Of a stretch of 64,000 nt of DNA, positions 1 through 11,868 are shown piece by piece. A program made the position numbers and the translations under genes. The DNA is from Octopus sinensis (lineage: Eukaryota). Location of the stretch: NCBI RefSeq assembly GCF_006345805.1, contig NC_043013.1, forward strand, positions 21,390,001 through 21,454,000, read 5' to 3'. Under the pieces are notes generated by a model. It was not told where the DNA came from. It searched no databases and was given only the letters and a program-made list of their open reading frames with translations. How positions within the stretch are numbered: position 1 is the stretch's first letter; the number at the start of each line of letters is the position of its first letter.

Positions 1-41
1 ATTTTGACCGGCGTGCTAACGATACTGCCAGCCCGCCGCCT
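1..41 (-). mobile_element. SINE family B, 5' head fragment (cut by window edge)
   Basis: Reverse complement of the GGCGGCGAGCTGGCAGAAACGTTAGCACGCC head seen intact at 55412. Confidence 0.8.
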
Positions 42-478
42 TACATTCTCTTAAAATATTAAAGCTAAACTGCAATGACAATGATTCAAAACAATCCCTA
101 CGACTATTTAAATATAAGCCAGGTTTTAATCAGATAAATCAGATTTTTATGACGTGAGTAATCATGTGTTGCTTTGTCAACTGTTACGTAGTCACGTGCT
201 TTAAACCGTAACCATAGACACAACACTACAATGTATTTATACCATCTGTAAATTAGGTTCAGTCGTATAAACTTATATAAGTTGACATTCATAATCTTTG
301 GTAAGTACTTTATAAGCTCTTTTAAATGTATAATCTCTTAAATATAACTTTAGACTGTCAAAAATTTTGTAGAAAACGGGTTAAAAGATTTACGTATAAA
401 TTATTGAGTTAGATAAAGTAATAAATGGTATTGTTCATGGTGAATAAAACATTATTTTGCATATACATACTTGCAAAT

Positions 479-521
<43 letters not shown>

Positions 522-1001
522 TGTGTGTGCACGCACATGTGTGTACATATGTCATGGGTATGACTTTAAACGGACTTGGTATGGAAATTCCAGTCTTTTC
601 AGGAGTATGGAACCATCTCATTGCCACTATTGTTCCTAGTTCCAGTCTAACCCGAAGTAGTAGCACCTGTAATATCCCCTTCTATGGGTTAATTAGCATA
701 AGAACCACTGGCAGCGAGGAACCTCTAGTTCTCGCTAGAACTTCCTCCCAGGAGAAAGTAAACTTGTATAAAATAAATAAAAAATTAAATAAACTCGAAT
801 GCAGATGGTTTCTGGTCGTTTGACAATCTCTTGATCCACTGGCTGATTGCCCTGAAAACAAATTCATGCACTGGAATTTCTTAGCCTCTCAAGAGTTTTG
901 TACGGACTTACTGAGTTTAGAAAGTTGTCTCATTCGGTCACGAGTTGACTGCCACCACACCGCATATTTATACATGCGATATATATATATATATTATTTT
1001 A

Positions 1002-1127
1002 TGTAGAAAAATACAAACTGGGACAAGAACGTAAAACATTAAGAAGACGATACAAAAAACACGGACGGGACATTCGAAGCCTTCAATCTTCAGTCAAGAA
1101 CCGGATCATCGTAGCAATTTCGGCTGA
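1002..1127. repeat. Unclassified interspersed repeat (family P), between (TA)n tracts
   Basis: AAAAAACACGGACGGGACATTCGAAG...CAATTTCGGCTG aligns by eye with 47596-47665 (AAAAAACAAGGACGGGTCATTCGGAG...CAATTTCGGCTG). Confidence 0.6.
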
Positions 1128-1130
1128 TTA

Positions 1131-1165
<35 letters not shown>

Positions 1166-1182
1166 ATTGATATTGATATTAA

Positions 1183-1567
1183 TCTCTCTCTATATAAACG
1201 GCAGTTTGTCTGTCTGCGTGTCTGTGTGTCTGTTAGGTTGTACCCTCACCCTGACCACGGCTTTCAACTGATTCTGATGAAACTTGACACACACATAGCC
1301 CAATGTCATAATTCAAAACTAATGCAGCGAAAATTTTGAAAAGTTCCCCCAGTTCTGAGAAAAATCGATAAATTCGACATGGGGTCGAGAATCAGAAACA
1401 CAAACCACAGACTGTCTAGGGGACGCAACTCGACCTTTTTAACTCTCGAAAAAAATTTTACCATCATTTTTTTCCCATTTTTTTGCTATTTTTTGGCTAT
1501 AACTCACTAAAAATGCTTTATAGTTATTTCCCTTACAAACCCGAGCAACGCCGGGCGATACTGCTAG
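1183..1567 (+). mobile_element. Non-autonomous Helitron
   Basis: 5' A|TC start, 3' CCCGAGCAACGCCGGG hairpin followed by CGATACTG-CTAG|T, A|T target and no TSD. Same 3' end at 57814 and 62356. Confidence 0.85.
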
Positions 1568-1801
1568 TAACAATAATAAGTATGGGTACTATTATCAATA
1601 GCAATATATACTCCAGGCAGTTTTTACCGTTCAGGGAAGAGCGAACGTAATTACTCATCAGAAGAATTCACGGAGCGACTGATAATTAATTGTAGTCACA
1701 GATGTTAGATACTGATTGTTGTGGTTAACCATTAACTGGGACTTAATTGAGAGCTAATACGGTACGCGCATGGATAATATATCCTTCCAAACTCATATAT
1801 A

Positions 1802-2352
1802 TTAGGTTGTCCGGAAAGTTTGTGCCGATTTTTAAAGGAAAGAAAAAGGTCAATAAATACTGGCCATAACGTTTATGAAACATTTTGTTGTACAATACGT
1901 CTCCGTCTTTCCTTTAACTTGAAAATACCCTCTTCCCAGAACTGAGGTGGTTTCATGGCAAAGAATTCATCACGGTATCTTTTTAAGTCGTCCAAGGAAT
2001 TGAAATTTTTACCATTAAGGCTATTCTGTAGAGACCTGAATAAGTGGAAATCTGAAGGAGCAATATCTGGTGAATATGGATGGTGACGTAATACATATCA
2101 GCCGAGCTGCAGCAATTTGTGTCTGGTTCCCAAATCATCAAGTGCCGAAAATGAACTTTCTTATCTTGCATTTTAAAGGGTTACAGAATTAACACAGGTT
2201 ATGGAAACATAACCCTTCTTCCACGAAAAGATAGCTTAAACTGTGCTCTAAATGGAGGTGTAGTCAAATCCTATTTTAAGGAATCAACCATGTTCTAAAA
2301 AAGTCGAAAGATAAGCTACTATAAATCGACACGAACTTTCCGGACACCCCAA
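1802..2352 (-). mobile_element. Internally deleted mariner transposon
   Basis: TA-flanked TIRs TTAGGTTGTCCGGAAAGTTTGTGCCGATTT / AAATCGACACGAACTTTCCGGACACCCCAA. Minus strand gives MQDKKVHFRHLMIWE, then HPYSPDIAPSDFHLFRSLQNSL and FFAMKPPQFWEEGIFKL. Confidence 0.92.
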
Positions 2353-2419
2353 TATATATAGGGAATGGAGCCCCTTAATTTGGATTTTTATTTGCATACA
2401 TAGCAACTCTAGTTGTTAA

Positions 2420-2748
2420 CCATAAACGATAGAATAACTTTTTTCAGCTATCGAACTTCGACATGGAAAAAATTCTACAACCAATATCTTCCCGAAGGAT
2501 CTGAGAGACCTGCATGTGGTTGATATAGGTGTCTTCAAAATAAAGCTGGACCTCTTCCTGTCAGGTGTCCCAGATGAACCAGCTTCGCGGCAGTATGTGC
2601 AGATGAGGGCAGCTGCATCAAACTCTCTCATGCACCAAATGTCAATTCCTAAAAAGCATTCGTGAAGTAAAATTATGTAGCAACACCAAATGGAGGTGCC
2701 CCAGCATAACCACAGCTCGTGAGCTGAAACTAGATAAAATAAAAATGA
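2420..2748 (+). mobile_element. CR1/L2-like LINE 3' end (5'-truncated, frameshifted)
   Basis: NNFFSYRTSTW...LPKDLRDLHVVDIGVFKIKLDLFLSGVPDEP...AASNSL resembles a CR1-group ORF2 C-terminus, followed by a short 3' UTR and A-rich tail. Confidence 0.75.
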
Positions 2749-2758
2749 TATATATATT

Positions 2759-2800
<42 letters not shown>

Positions 2801-2804
<4 letters not shown>

Positions 2805-3826
2805 TGAGTTTCTATAGAATGTCAACAGTTTGCACCAATGTCCATTGATCAGTTCTCATCTTCGTACTTTCCCACTGGTGTGTGTGTGTTGGGTGGGGGG
2901 GGGGCGGAATGTGAATGTATTTGGTATATTTTTAGCAGCTATTATCATATCACTAAAGCCGGGACTGTGCACATTTTTCTATCTTGGTTTGGTGAAGTTA
3001 AATGAGTCTAATTTAACTAAATACATATCGTACACCACGTTATATATAGACACAGAAATATATGTACTTATGTGTTTTGAATATGTAATGAAGTACACAA
3101 GGCTACTTACATATACATATATGTGAGTGCGTGCGTGCACGCGTGTATGTGTCTGTGTGTGCGCGTTTGTGTGTGTGTATCTATGTCTGTGTCTGTGTCT
3201 ATGTGTCTGTGTCTGTGTGAGTATATATAGTGTATAAAAGCAAAATTGTACAATCAAACGCACGTGTCTAAGCATCTGCACGCCTTAACTATTAACTATA
3301 CAGGTACACACATACACATATATATATGCGTGTGTGTATGCATATGTGTGTGGGTGCGTGTCTGTGCATACCGATCTACACATATATGTGTGTCTGTGTT
3401 AATGAGTGTGTACATTTGCGTACATGTGTGTACATAAATATATATGTCTGTATTAATGAGTGTGTACATGTGTGTGATTATACGCTTATCTTCGTTGTCT
3501 ATTCCACTGTTTGCCCATCACGTTATCATCGTAATGCAATCAGACATAAAGTTAGATTTACATCCTCTAAAATCAACTTCGTTTAGTCTCGATCTCACAA
3601 TGCCGTCTGTCAAATGATTTATGGGGCGACTCCAAAGTTTTAAATAGTTTCTCAGTTTACAGTCAAACAGTTCGCGTCGCTCCATTGTTTAGGGAGGTCT
3701 CAATACTACAGAAATAATCTGCTTGATTTCGAAGGTGGGAAATAGTTATTATTACCTGTTGTTGTTTTTTTTAATAACTCCAATATATTCTATGTGACTA
3801 GAACCGGTGGAGAAACGTTTCATATA

Positions 3827-3882
<56 letters not shown>

Positions 3883-4903
3883 TATATATATATTAGTGAG
3901 TTTCTATAGAATGTCAACAGTTTGCACCAATGTCCATTGATCAGTTCTCATCTTCGTACTTTCCCACTGGTGTGTGTGTGTTGGGTGGGGGGGGGCGGAA
4001 TGTGAATGTATTTGGTATATTTTTAGCAGCTATTATCATATCACTAAAGCCGGGACTGTGCACATTTTTCTATCTTGGTTTGGTGAAGTTAAATGAGTCT
4101 AATTTAACTAAATACATATCGTACACCACGTTATATATAGAACAGAAATATATGTACTTATGTGTTTTGAATATGTAATGAAGTACACAGGCTACTTACA
4201 TATACATATATGTGAGTGCGTGCGTGCACGCGTGTATGTGTCTGTGTGTGCGCGTTTGTGTGTGTGTATCTATGTCTGTGTCTGTGTCTATGTGTCTGTG
4301 TCTGTGTGAGTATATATAGTGTATAAAAGCAAAATTGTACAATCAAACGCACGTGTCTAAGCATCTGCACGCCTTAACTATTAACTATACAGGTACACAC
4401 ATACACATATATATATGCGTGTGTGTATGCATATGTGTGTGGGTGCGTGTCTGTGCATACCGATCTACACATATATGTGTGTCTGTGTTAATGAGTGTGT
4501 ACATTTGCGTACATGTGTGTACATAAATATATATGTCTGTATTAATGAGTGTGTACATGTGTGTGATTATACGCTTATCTTCGTTGTCTATTCCACTGTT
4601 TGCCCATCACGTTATCATCGTAATGCAATCAGACATAAAGTTAGATTTACATCCTCTAAAATCAACTTCGTTTAGTCTCGATCTCACAATGCCGTCTGTC
4701 AAATGATTTATGGGGCGACTCCAAAGTTTTAAATAGTTTCTCAGTTTACAGTCAAACAGTTCGCGTCGCTCCATTGTTTAGGGAGGTCTCAATACTACAG
4801 AAATAATCTGCTTGATTTCGAAGGTGGGAAATAGTTATTATTACCTGTTGTTTTTTTTAATAACTCCAATATATTCTATGTGACTAGAACCGGTGGAGAA
4901 ACG

Positions 4904-4908
<5 letters not shown>
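2801..4908. repeat. Near-identical tandem duplication, period about 1092 bp
   Basis: TTAGTGAGTTTCTATAGAATG starts at 2801 and 3893. Both copies end GGAGAAACGTTTC and are bounded by (TA)n. Confidence 0.95.
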
Positions 4909-4950
<42 letters not shown>

Positions 4951-4951
<1 letters not shown>

Positions 4952-5130
4952 TCTATATACTTTCCTGTGTTTGTTAAAATTTGTACCTCTGCCTTAAAGC
5001 TTCATTTCCACACACGCCAGCTTAATTCAATTTGTCCTTAGTCGAAAGACACCTGTTGTCATGTTATTATTTTTATTGTATTTGTATTTGTGTAACCTTG
5101 TCCGTTTTTTCCGTCCTTGTTTTTGTATAC
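4951..5130 (-). repeat. Unclassified interspersed repeat (family P, distal part)
   Basis: Reverse complement matches 47750-47866 (ACAACAGGTGTCTTTCGACTAAGGAC..ATT.AATTAAGCTGGC). Confidence 0.65.
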
Positions 5131-5282
5131 ATAATATAACCACAGACAACAACCCTCACTGGACCCGAGAGACAAAAGCCTTACCTTGCAGCAGCTTCTT
5201 TTGGCAGGCTAAACACTGTCGGCTATCTTCTTCAGTGCACAACACAATGACACATGCGCACACTGACAACAAAGACTCTTGG

Positions 5283-5520
5283 GAAGTAGGTAAGCTAGCT
5301 ACTTTCCACACAGCCACTCCTGCGCCTAATATATATATTATATATATACATATATACACGACGGGGTTCTTTCAGTTTCCGTCTACGAAATCCACCCACA
5401 AGGTTTTGGTTGGCACGTGGCTATATTATTAGAAAACACAAGCCGAAAGTACCACACAGTGGCACTGAACCCAGACCCATGAGGTTGGGAAGCAAGCTTC
5501 TTACCACACGACCACTCCTA
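5283..5520 (-). mobile_element. SINE family A head fragments (two, decayed)
   Basis: CCACACAGCCACTCCTGCGCCT and TTCTTTCAGTTTCCGTCTAC..AATCCAC motifs. Confidence 0.8.
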
Positions 5521-6940
5521 TTAGATAAACTAACTGTTCCAAACACAGAAGAGAATGGTAGAGGAAAAGCCACACGAAATTTGTTCTTTCTTGAGATGTT
5601 TTCTAATTGTCTGCAGTATTCTTGTTGTTGCTGTTTTAGTTATGGCGGCTGTTTAGTCTTTTGTCGAAATTGTTATTACTGTTGATGGTTTTACAATTGT
5701 TGTTTTTCATGCTGTTGTTGTTAATGACGATGTTACTCTTGTTTGTTCATGTTGATATTGTAATTCTTGTTCTTGTTCTTGTTGATGTAACTGACATTAC
5801 AGATAGGGTTTTGTCATATTTTTTCCGTTGATATTGGTATTATGGTTGATGATGTTATAATCACACTTGTAGCTGTTGTATTTGTCCCTGTTGAAATGTT
5901 TGTTCTTACAGTTGCTATTTTTTGCCAATATATTGCTTCGAGATCAATATTAGTTTTCATTAGAATTTAATATGGGTTTTTCAATGATATCGAAGATTGT
6001 GTAGCAAAACTCTCAGCAAAACTTCAATGCTTGGTTACTTCCGCTCCTAACATCCCCATCAAACACCATTAAACATGATGCCTGTACAAACCTTGACAAC
6101 AATTTAAACTATATTTATATTCTCTAGCTAAAAGTATTCCTCCTTATTGGAATTTTTAAAATATTCTTATTATTTCCTGTCACGTAGCTTCTCGTTGTAA
6201 AAACTATCGAAGATGTAAAAACTATCGAAGATTTAATCGATGAATTTGAGTTATTGATAAACTATCTACAAAGTCTACAAAGATGATTAGTCTGACACAG
6301 TCTTGCTTCAATATCTGTTGTAGTTATAGTGTTGGTGGCGCTGTGATTGACGTTGTGACTGGTTAAAGAAAGCTGAAATGGTAGCTGCTGCTATTGTCTT
6401 CGACCTTGTAATTTTACTTTATTATTGTGGTTTAACTCATTTTCGACTTGATGGAACAGATCTACAACCAAAGGTAACCCAACTCTGACCATTCCGTATC
6501 TTTTAGTGTTACCTAAGGTTACATATTATCGAAAATATCCGGTAAAGGGATGCTTGGCAGTTATTTCGTGCAGGTCGAATGATCGAGTAGGGATTTACTC
6601 GGTTTCTTGATGTTAAGTTGGAATTAGAGATGATGTGGCAGCTACTGTAGAGATACTGCTCTAGTGGTTATTATGGTATACTCTAGTAGACAAGGTAAAG
6701 TTAGATCCTTAGCTACAGTGAGGTAAATATTGTACGGGGTATAGTACTTCTACAGCGCTTCCACTATGGTTGGAATTCATTATATTGTAACAGTAACATT
6801 AATCCTGTTCATGAATACATTTTTGCTTTTCTATTATGGTTCATTGTCCGAAGATTATTTTTTAGTGGTGTTAATGGGAGTATGTCTATAAAATCTACTC
6901 ATAAGGCTTTGGTTGACCCGGGACTATTGTAGAAGATACT

Positions 6941-7355
6941 AGGCGCAGGAGTGGCTGTGTGCTAAGTAGCGTGCTTACCAACCACATGGTTCCAGGTTCA
7001 GTCCCACTGCGTGGCACCTTGGGCAACTGTCTTCTACAATAGCCTCGGGTCGACCAAAGCCTTGTGAGTGGACTTGGTAGACGGAAACTGAAAGAAGCCC
7101 GTAGCATATATGTATATATATATATGCGTGTGTCTGTGGGTGTGTTTGTGTCTGTGTTTGTCCCCCCAACATCGCTTGACAACCGATGCTGATGTGTTTA
7201 CGTCCCCTAAACTAGAGGTTCGGCAAAAGAGACCGATAGAATAAGTACTAGGCTTACAAATAATAAGTCCTGGGGTCGATTTGCTCGACTAAAGGCGGTG
7301 CACCAGCATGGCCACGGACATATGACTGAAACAAGTAAAAGAGTAAAAGAGAGAG
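6941..7355 (+). mobile_element. SINE family A, full-length composite (tRNA-like head, CORE-like body, microsatellite, second module, LINE-like tail)
   Basis: AGGCGCAGGAGTGGCTGTGTG A-box, GGTTCAGTCCC B-box, CACCTTGGGCAA CORE-like motif, ends GACTGAAACAAGTAAAAGAG. It resembles the octopus OR-type SINEs, but the family name is unverified. Confidence 0.9.
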
Positions 7356-7432
7356 AATCTCTTTTATATTCTGTTTCCGATTTTCAAGAATGAATTAGAT
7401 GGTGTCACATTTATTCATATACAGACATATAT

Positions 7433-7600
7433 AGGCGCAGGCATGGCTGTGTGGTAAAAAGTTTACTTCCTAACCACATGGTTGCAGGTTCAGTCTCACT
7501 GTGTGTTATTTTGGCGGGCAAGTGTCTTCTACTATAGTCCCGGGTTAACCAAAGCCTTATGAGGGGATTTTATAGGCAGAAACTAAAAGCTCATTAAGTA
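7433..7600 (+). mobile_element. SINE family A, older head-only copy
   Basis: Diverged match to 6941-7110. Confidence 0.8.
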
Positions 7601-7650
7601 TGTTTGTGTGAGCGCGAACGTGTGTGTGTGTACATACATGTATGTATATA

Positions 7651-8046
7651 TACTCTTTTACTCTTTTAATTGTTTCAGTCATTTGACTGCGGCCATGCTG
7701 GAGCACCGCCTTTAGTCGAGCAAATCGACCCCAGGACTTATTGTTTGTAAGCCCAGTACTTATTCTATCGGTCTCTTTTGCCGAACCGCTAAGTGACGGG
7801 GACATAAAACAGCATCGGTTGTCAAGCAATGCTAGGGGGACAAACACAGACACACACACTAATATATATATATACATATATACGACAGGCTTCTTTCAGT
7901 TTCCGTCTACCAAATACACTCACAAGGCATTGGTCGGCCCGGGGCTATAGCAGAAGACACTTGCCCAAGATGTCACGCAGTGGGACTGAACCTGGAACCA
8001 TGTGGTTGGTTAGCAAGCTACTTACCACACAGCCACTCCTGCGCCT
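7651..8046 (-). mobile_element. SINE family A, full-length
   Basis: Reverse complement of 6941-7355 along its whole length. Confidence 0.9.
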
Positions 8047-8199
8047 GTATATATATATATATACTTTATTTTAAGCAGCAGAAAATTCAACAAAATCTGT
8101 TACTCTGAGTTTCTCGTTGCCGTTCATCATAGAATGGAACCGATATATCAATTCAATCTATACTCAATTCAATCTATATATATATATATATATATATGT

Positions 8200-8430
8200 A
8201 TCTATCTGTGTGTCCTTTTGTTTGTCGCCATCGCCACTTGACAACCAGTATTGGTTTGTTTGCCTGATCTAACGTAAATTACCGGCTCGGCAAAAGGGGA
8301 CCGGTAGAATAAGTACCAGGCTTGAAAGATAAACCCATAAGTTCTGGGGCCGATCTGTTCGACTAAGACCTTTAAAACGGTGCGCCAGCACGCCCGCAGT
8401 CCAATCACCGAAACAAGAAAAGATAAAAGA
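8200..8430 (+). mobile_element. SINE family A second module and tail, decayed
   Basis: CTTGACAACCAG...CTCGGCAAAAG...GAATAAGTACCAGGC...CCGAAACAAGAAAAG. Confidence 0.7.
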
Positions 8431-8569
8431 TGCACCTTATAAATTTATGGGGGTTTTATTATTATTATTATTATTGAATAAAAGCTATTCCGGAGATTAT
8501 ACGTAACGCAATACGTTGACTGCCGTAGTCGATCTTTCCGTAATATTACAGGAGAAATATTATTTTCTC

Positions 8570-8956
8570 CTCTAGACACAAGGCCCGGAATTTCGTGGGA
8601 GGAGCCAGTCGATTAGATCGACCCCAGTACGCAGCTGGTACTTAATTTATCGACCCCGAAAGGATGAAAGGCAAAGTGGACCTCGGCGGAATTTGAACTC
8701 ACAACGTAACGGCAGACAAAATACATATTTCTTTACTACCCACGAGGGGCTAAACACAGAGAGGACAAACAAGGACAGACAAACGGATTAAGTCGATTAT
8801 ATCGACTCCAGTGCATAACTGGTACTTATTTAATCGCCCCCGAAAGGATGAAAGGCAAGGTTGACCTCTGCGGAATTTGAACTCAGAACGTAAAGACAGA
8901 CGAAATACCGCTAAGCATTTCGCTCGGCGTGCTAACGTTTCTACCAGCTCGCCGCC
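8570..8956 (-). mobile_element. SINE family B dimer (head, core, tail i, core, tail ii)
   Basis: Two copies of the GACCCCGAAAGGATGAAAGGCAA-GT-GACCTC-GCGGAATTTGAACTC core in tandem. Head GCCGCC ends at 8956. Confidence 0.88.
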
Positions 8957-9699
8957 TTATTACAGGAAAAATACAGGGAAAAGGAGACTATTGATTGATT
9001 CCCACCCAGTAAATTACTGGTAATTGTTTTATTAACAATGGAGAGATGATCAATTAAGTCTTTGACAGCTATTTCATAGAATGTGAGACATTTTGTTGAA
9101 TCCGCTACTGTTTTTTATAACATCAAAAATACTTGATACTCAGCACACTTTTTGGTTGTCTATCTTAAAACCAAAATAGTTCTTGGCGAAAGTTTCACAT
9201 TTGATGCATTCGCTGAGTTTCTTGAATAGAACGTGATGATGTATATGCATTTTTTCAAATACATTTTTTCAAATACGGTGTGGTAGAAAAAGTTGAACTG
9301 GTTTCAGCTGAGATTCGAAACCCCCACAACATAGGTACCGCTAACAGGTGTCTCTCTACGGTAATACCATTATCGACTTTCAGAAAAAGAATAGCCGCAG
9401 CAGCAGCACAAAACATAATACTTTATGAATGTTTAATATGTAAGTGGGGATATAGACAGGAAGTTGTGTGACGTCTCCCGATCAGCTTGGGCAGCCATTG
9501 TGCAAAGCATTAAGTGGATTTGTTCTGTTAAAGTGCGTATCGAGAATACAGGAACTGATTGGACTCACAAATATGCACATACATACATACACATAAACAT
9601 ACGCCTACATACATGCACTAATGCAGCCGTACATTTGCATTCACAAGTCCATTAATTGATACACCTACGTACACGGACAGGTATAAATTTATGTACACA

Positions 9700-9924
9700 C
9701 GAATGGGAATGCACATTATATATATATATAATATATATATATATATACATACATATATATATATACATATATATACATATATATATATACATATATATAT
9801 ACATATATATACATATATACATACATATATACATATATATATACATATATATATATATACTATATATATATAATATATATACATATATATATACATACAT
9901 ATATATATATATACATATATATAC

Positions 9925-9955
<31 letters not shown>

Positions 9956-10143
9956 CATACATACATATATATACATATATATATATACATATATACATAT
10001 ATATACATATATATACAATATATACATATATATACATATATTATATATACATATATACATATATATATATATACATTATATATATATACATATATATATA
10101 TACATATTTATATATATACATATATATATATACATATATATAC

Positions 10144-10200
<57 letters not shown>
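9700..10200. repeat. (TA)n/(TACA)n microsatellite
   Basis: Direct inspection. Confidence 0.97.
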
Positions 10201-10201
<1 letters not shown>

Positions 10202-10644
10202 GGTGATGGTGTGTGTTGTGTGTGTGTGTGGTATTCATATTCATGTGTTTATTCTTTGTATTTTTTTCACATTTTCTATACCGTTTCATCGTTACCAAAC
10301 CAGAACCAATACTAATTTTAGCTCAATTTTTATCATTACAACTTCGTTCCTGTTGATGGTGTTCTTTATGTTCTAAAATTGTTTGTGGTTGTTATCGTTG
10401 TTGTTGTTGCTGTTGTCGTCGTTATTATTGTACTTGCTGGAGCATATTTTACACATTGTTGTTATTTCGCTTATAAATATGTTTGTATCCATACGCGCAC
10501 ACACACACACACACACACACACATATTCTGACATACTCATACACGTGTGTGTCAATGTGTACATATATTTACACAAATTCATTCTTTACCAAGCGGCCGT
10601 CATTATCTATTATCCGGTACTATCTTATTGTCTGATATTATCTG

Positions 10645-10935
10645 GTGTGTGTATGTATGTATGTGTATGTATGTATGTATGTATGATGTATGTATGTATG
10701 ATGTATGTATGTATGTAGTATGTATGTATGTATGATGTATGTATGTATGTGTGTGTATGTATGTATGTATGTATGTAGTATGTATGTATGTGTATGTGTG
10801 TGTGTGTGTATGTATGTATGTAGGTATGTATGTATGTATGTATGTATGTGTGTATGTATGTAATGTATGTATGTATGTGTGTGTGTATGTATGTACGTAT
10901 GTATGTATGTGTGTGTGTGTATGTATGCAAGCATC
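10645..10935. repeat. (TATG)n microsatellite
   Basis: Direct inspection. Confidence 0.97.
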
Positions 10936-11284
10936 TATGTATGTATTCAGGCATGGATGGATGGATGGAGTTTCTTTGCAATTTTTTAAGTTTTTTTTTT
11001 CTTTTGTAGAATTCAAGCCAGTTGCTAACAAAGTGACAATACTTGTTTAATCGATGCAGCTCTTTTGGATTTGTGCTTATCTCAATAGGTTTGTGTGTGT
11101 GTGTGGATGTGGGTGGGTATGCGTGTGTGGATAAACTCACACTCATTGTTGGGTATGTCACATTGATATGTAAATGTTCGCTTTATGAGTGTCTACGTGT
11201 GTACGTCTGTGTATCTATGCACGTGTGGTTCTGTGCAAGTGTTTATTCCATGAAATTCAAAATAGCGAATGACTGAATTTTTTT

Positions 11285-11846
11285 TTACAAATTCCTTCTG
11301 CTTTTCCAGTCGACTGTGTCCGCAAAAGTGAAGCAGTTTACTTTGTTATTCCTTGGATAATCCCCCGTTGTTTCTAGGCTTTGATACACATCTGTTGTTA
11401 CACAACCCAGGTGTTGCTACACCTATATTAATTGGTACAAATGAAAACCTACAGCTTAGCTTTAACAGGTGTAAGTCTTCTCATAAAATGTTCTTATCCC
11501 CCAATTGTTGGTGAGACCTTCAGTTTGCCGGGCAGCTGGTCTCGACAGTAATACATGACTTTTCTTCTATATCCCATGAAATAATACCTACCCTAAAGTG
11601 CTTACACTAGATTATTGGTTTTATTGAAATGTTGCACCAATATTCTTCATTTTTAAAGTTAATTATACATTCTTGTTCAGGTGTATCTTTGGTATGGTCA
11701 TCACGACTTTCTATAACGATGTGAAACATTCCAAAAGACCAGCCGACATTTTGTATCAAAACGTGGACGATTAGAGACATCTTATCGCCGGTGTCGAAGT
11801 ATGTAGTAGCTGTTTCCTGTTACTGGATAGCAAAGGCATAACATTC
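11285..11846 (-). mobile_element. Decayed R4/Dong-like (RLE clade) non-LTR retrotransposon, C-terminal part
   Basis: Minus strand with stops: YAFAIQ*QETATTY...NEEYWCNISIK...CKHFRVGIISWDIEEKSCITVETSCPAN...FSFVPINIG, the remnant of a PD-(D/E)xK endonuclease. Same architecture as 31250-32230. Confidence 0.65.
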
Positions 11847-11868
11847 TATATATATATATATATAGAAG

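Noticed and set aside
425-823. 132-aa plus ORF with a non-repetitive second half (MGMTLNGLGMEIPVF...)
   Set aside because: It begins in a (TG)n tract, has no recognisable homology and no convincing splice sites. blastx would settle it.
6941-7020. tRNA-like sequences (also at 18577, 36698, 55412)
   Set aside because: These are SINE heads with A/B boxes but no complete cloverleaf, and they continue into SINE bodies.
9618-11161. Long ORFs rich in Y/I/H/T/V/C/M (also at 15-15.4 kb, 25.3-25.8 kb, 29 kb, 32.7-33.2 kb, 42.4-42.7 kb, 63.4-63.7 kb)
   Set aside because: Stop-free read-through of microsatellites, not proteins.
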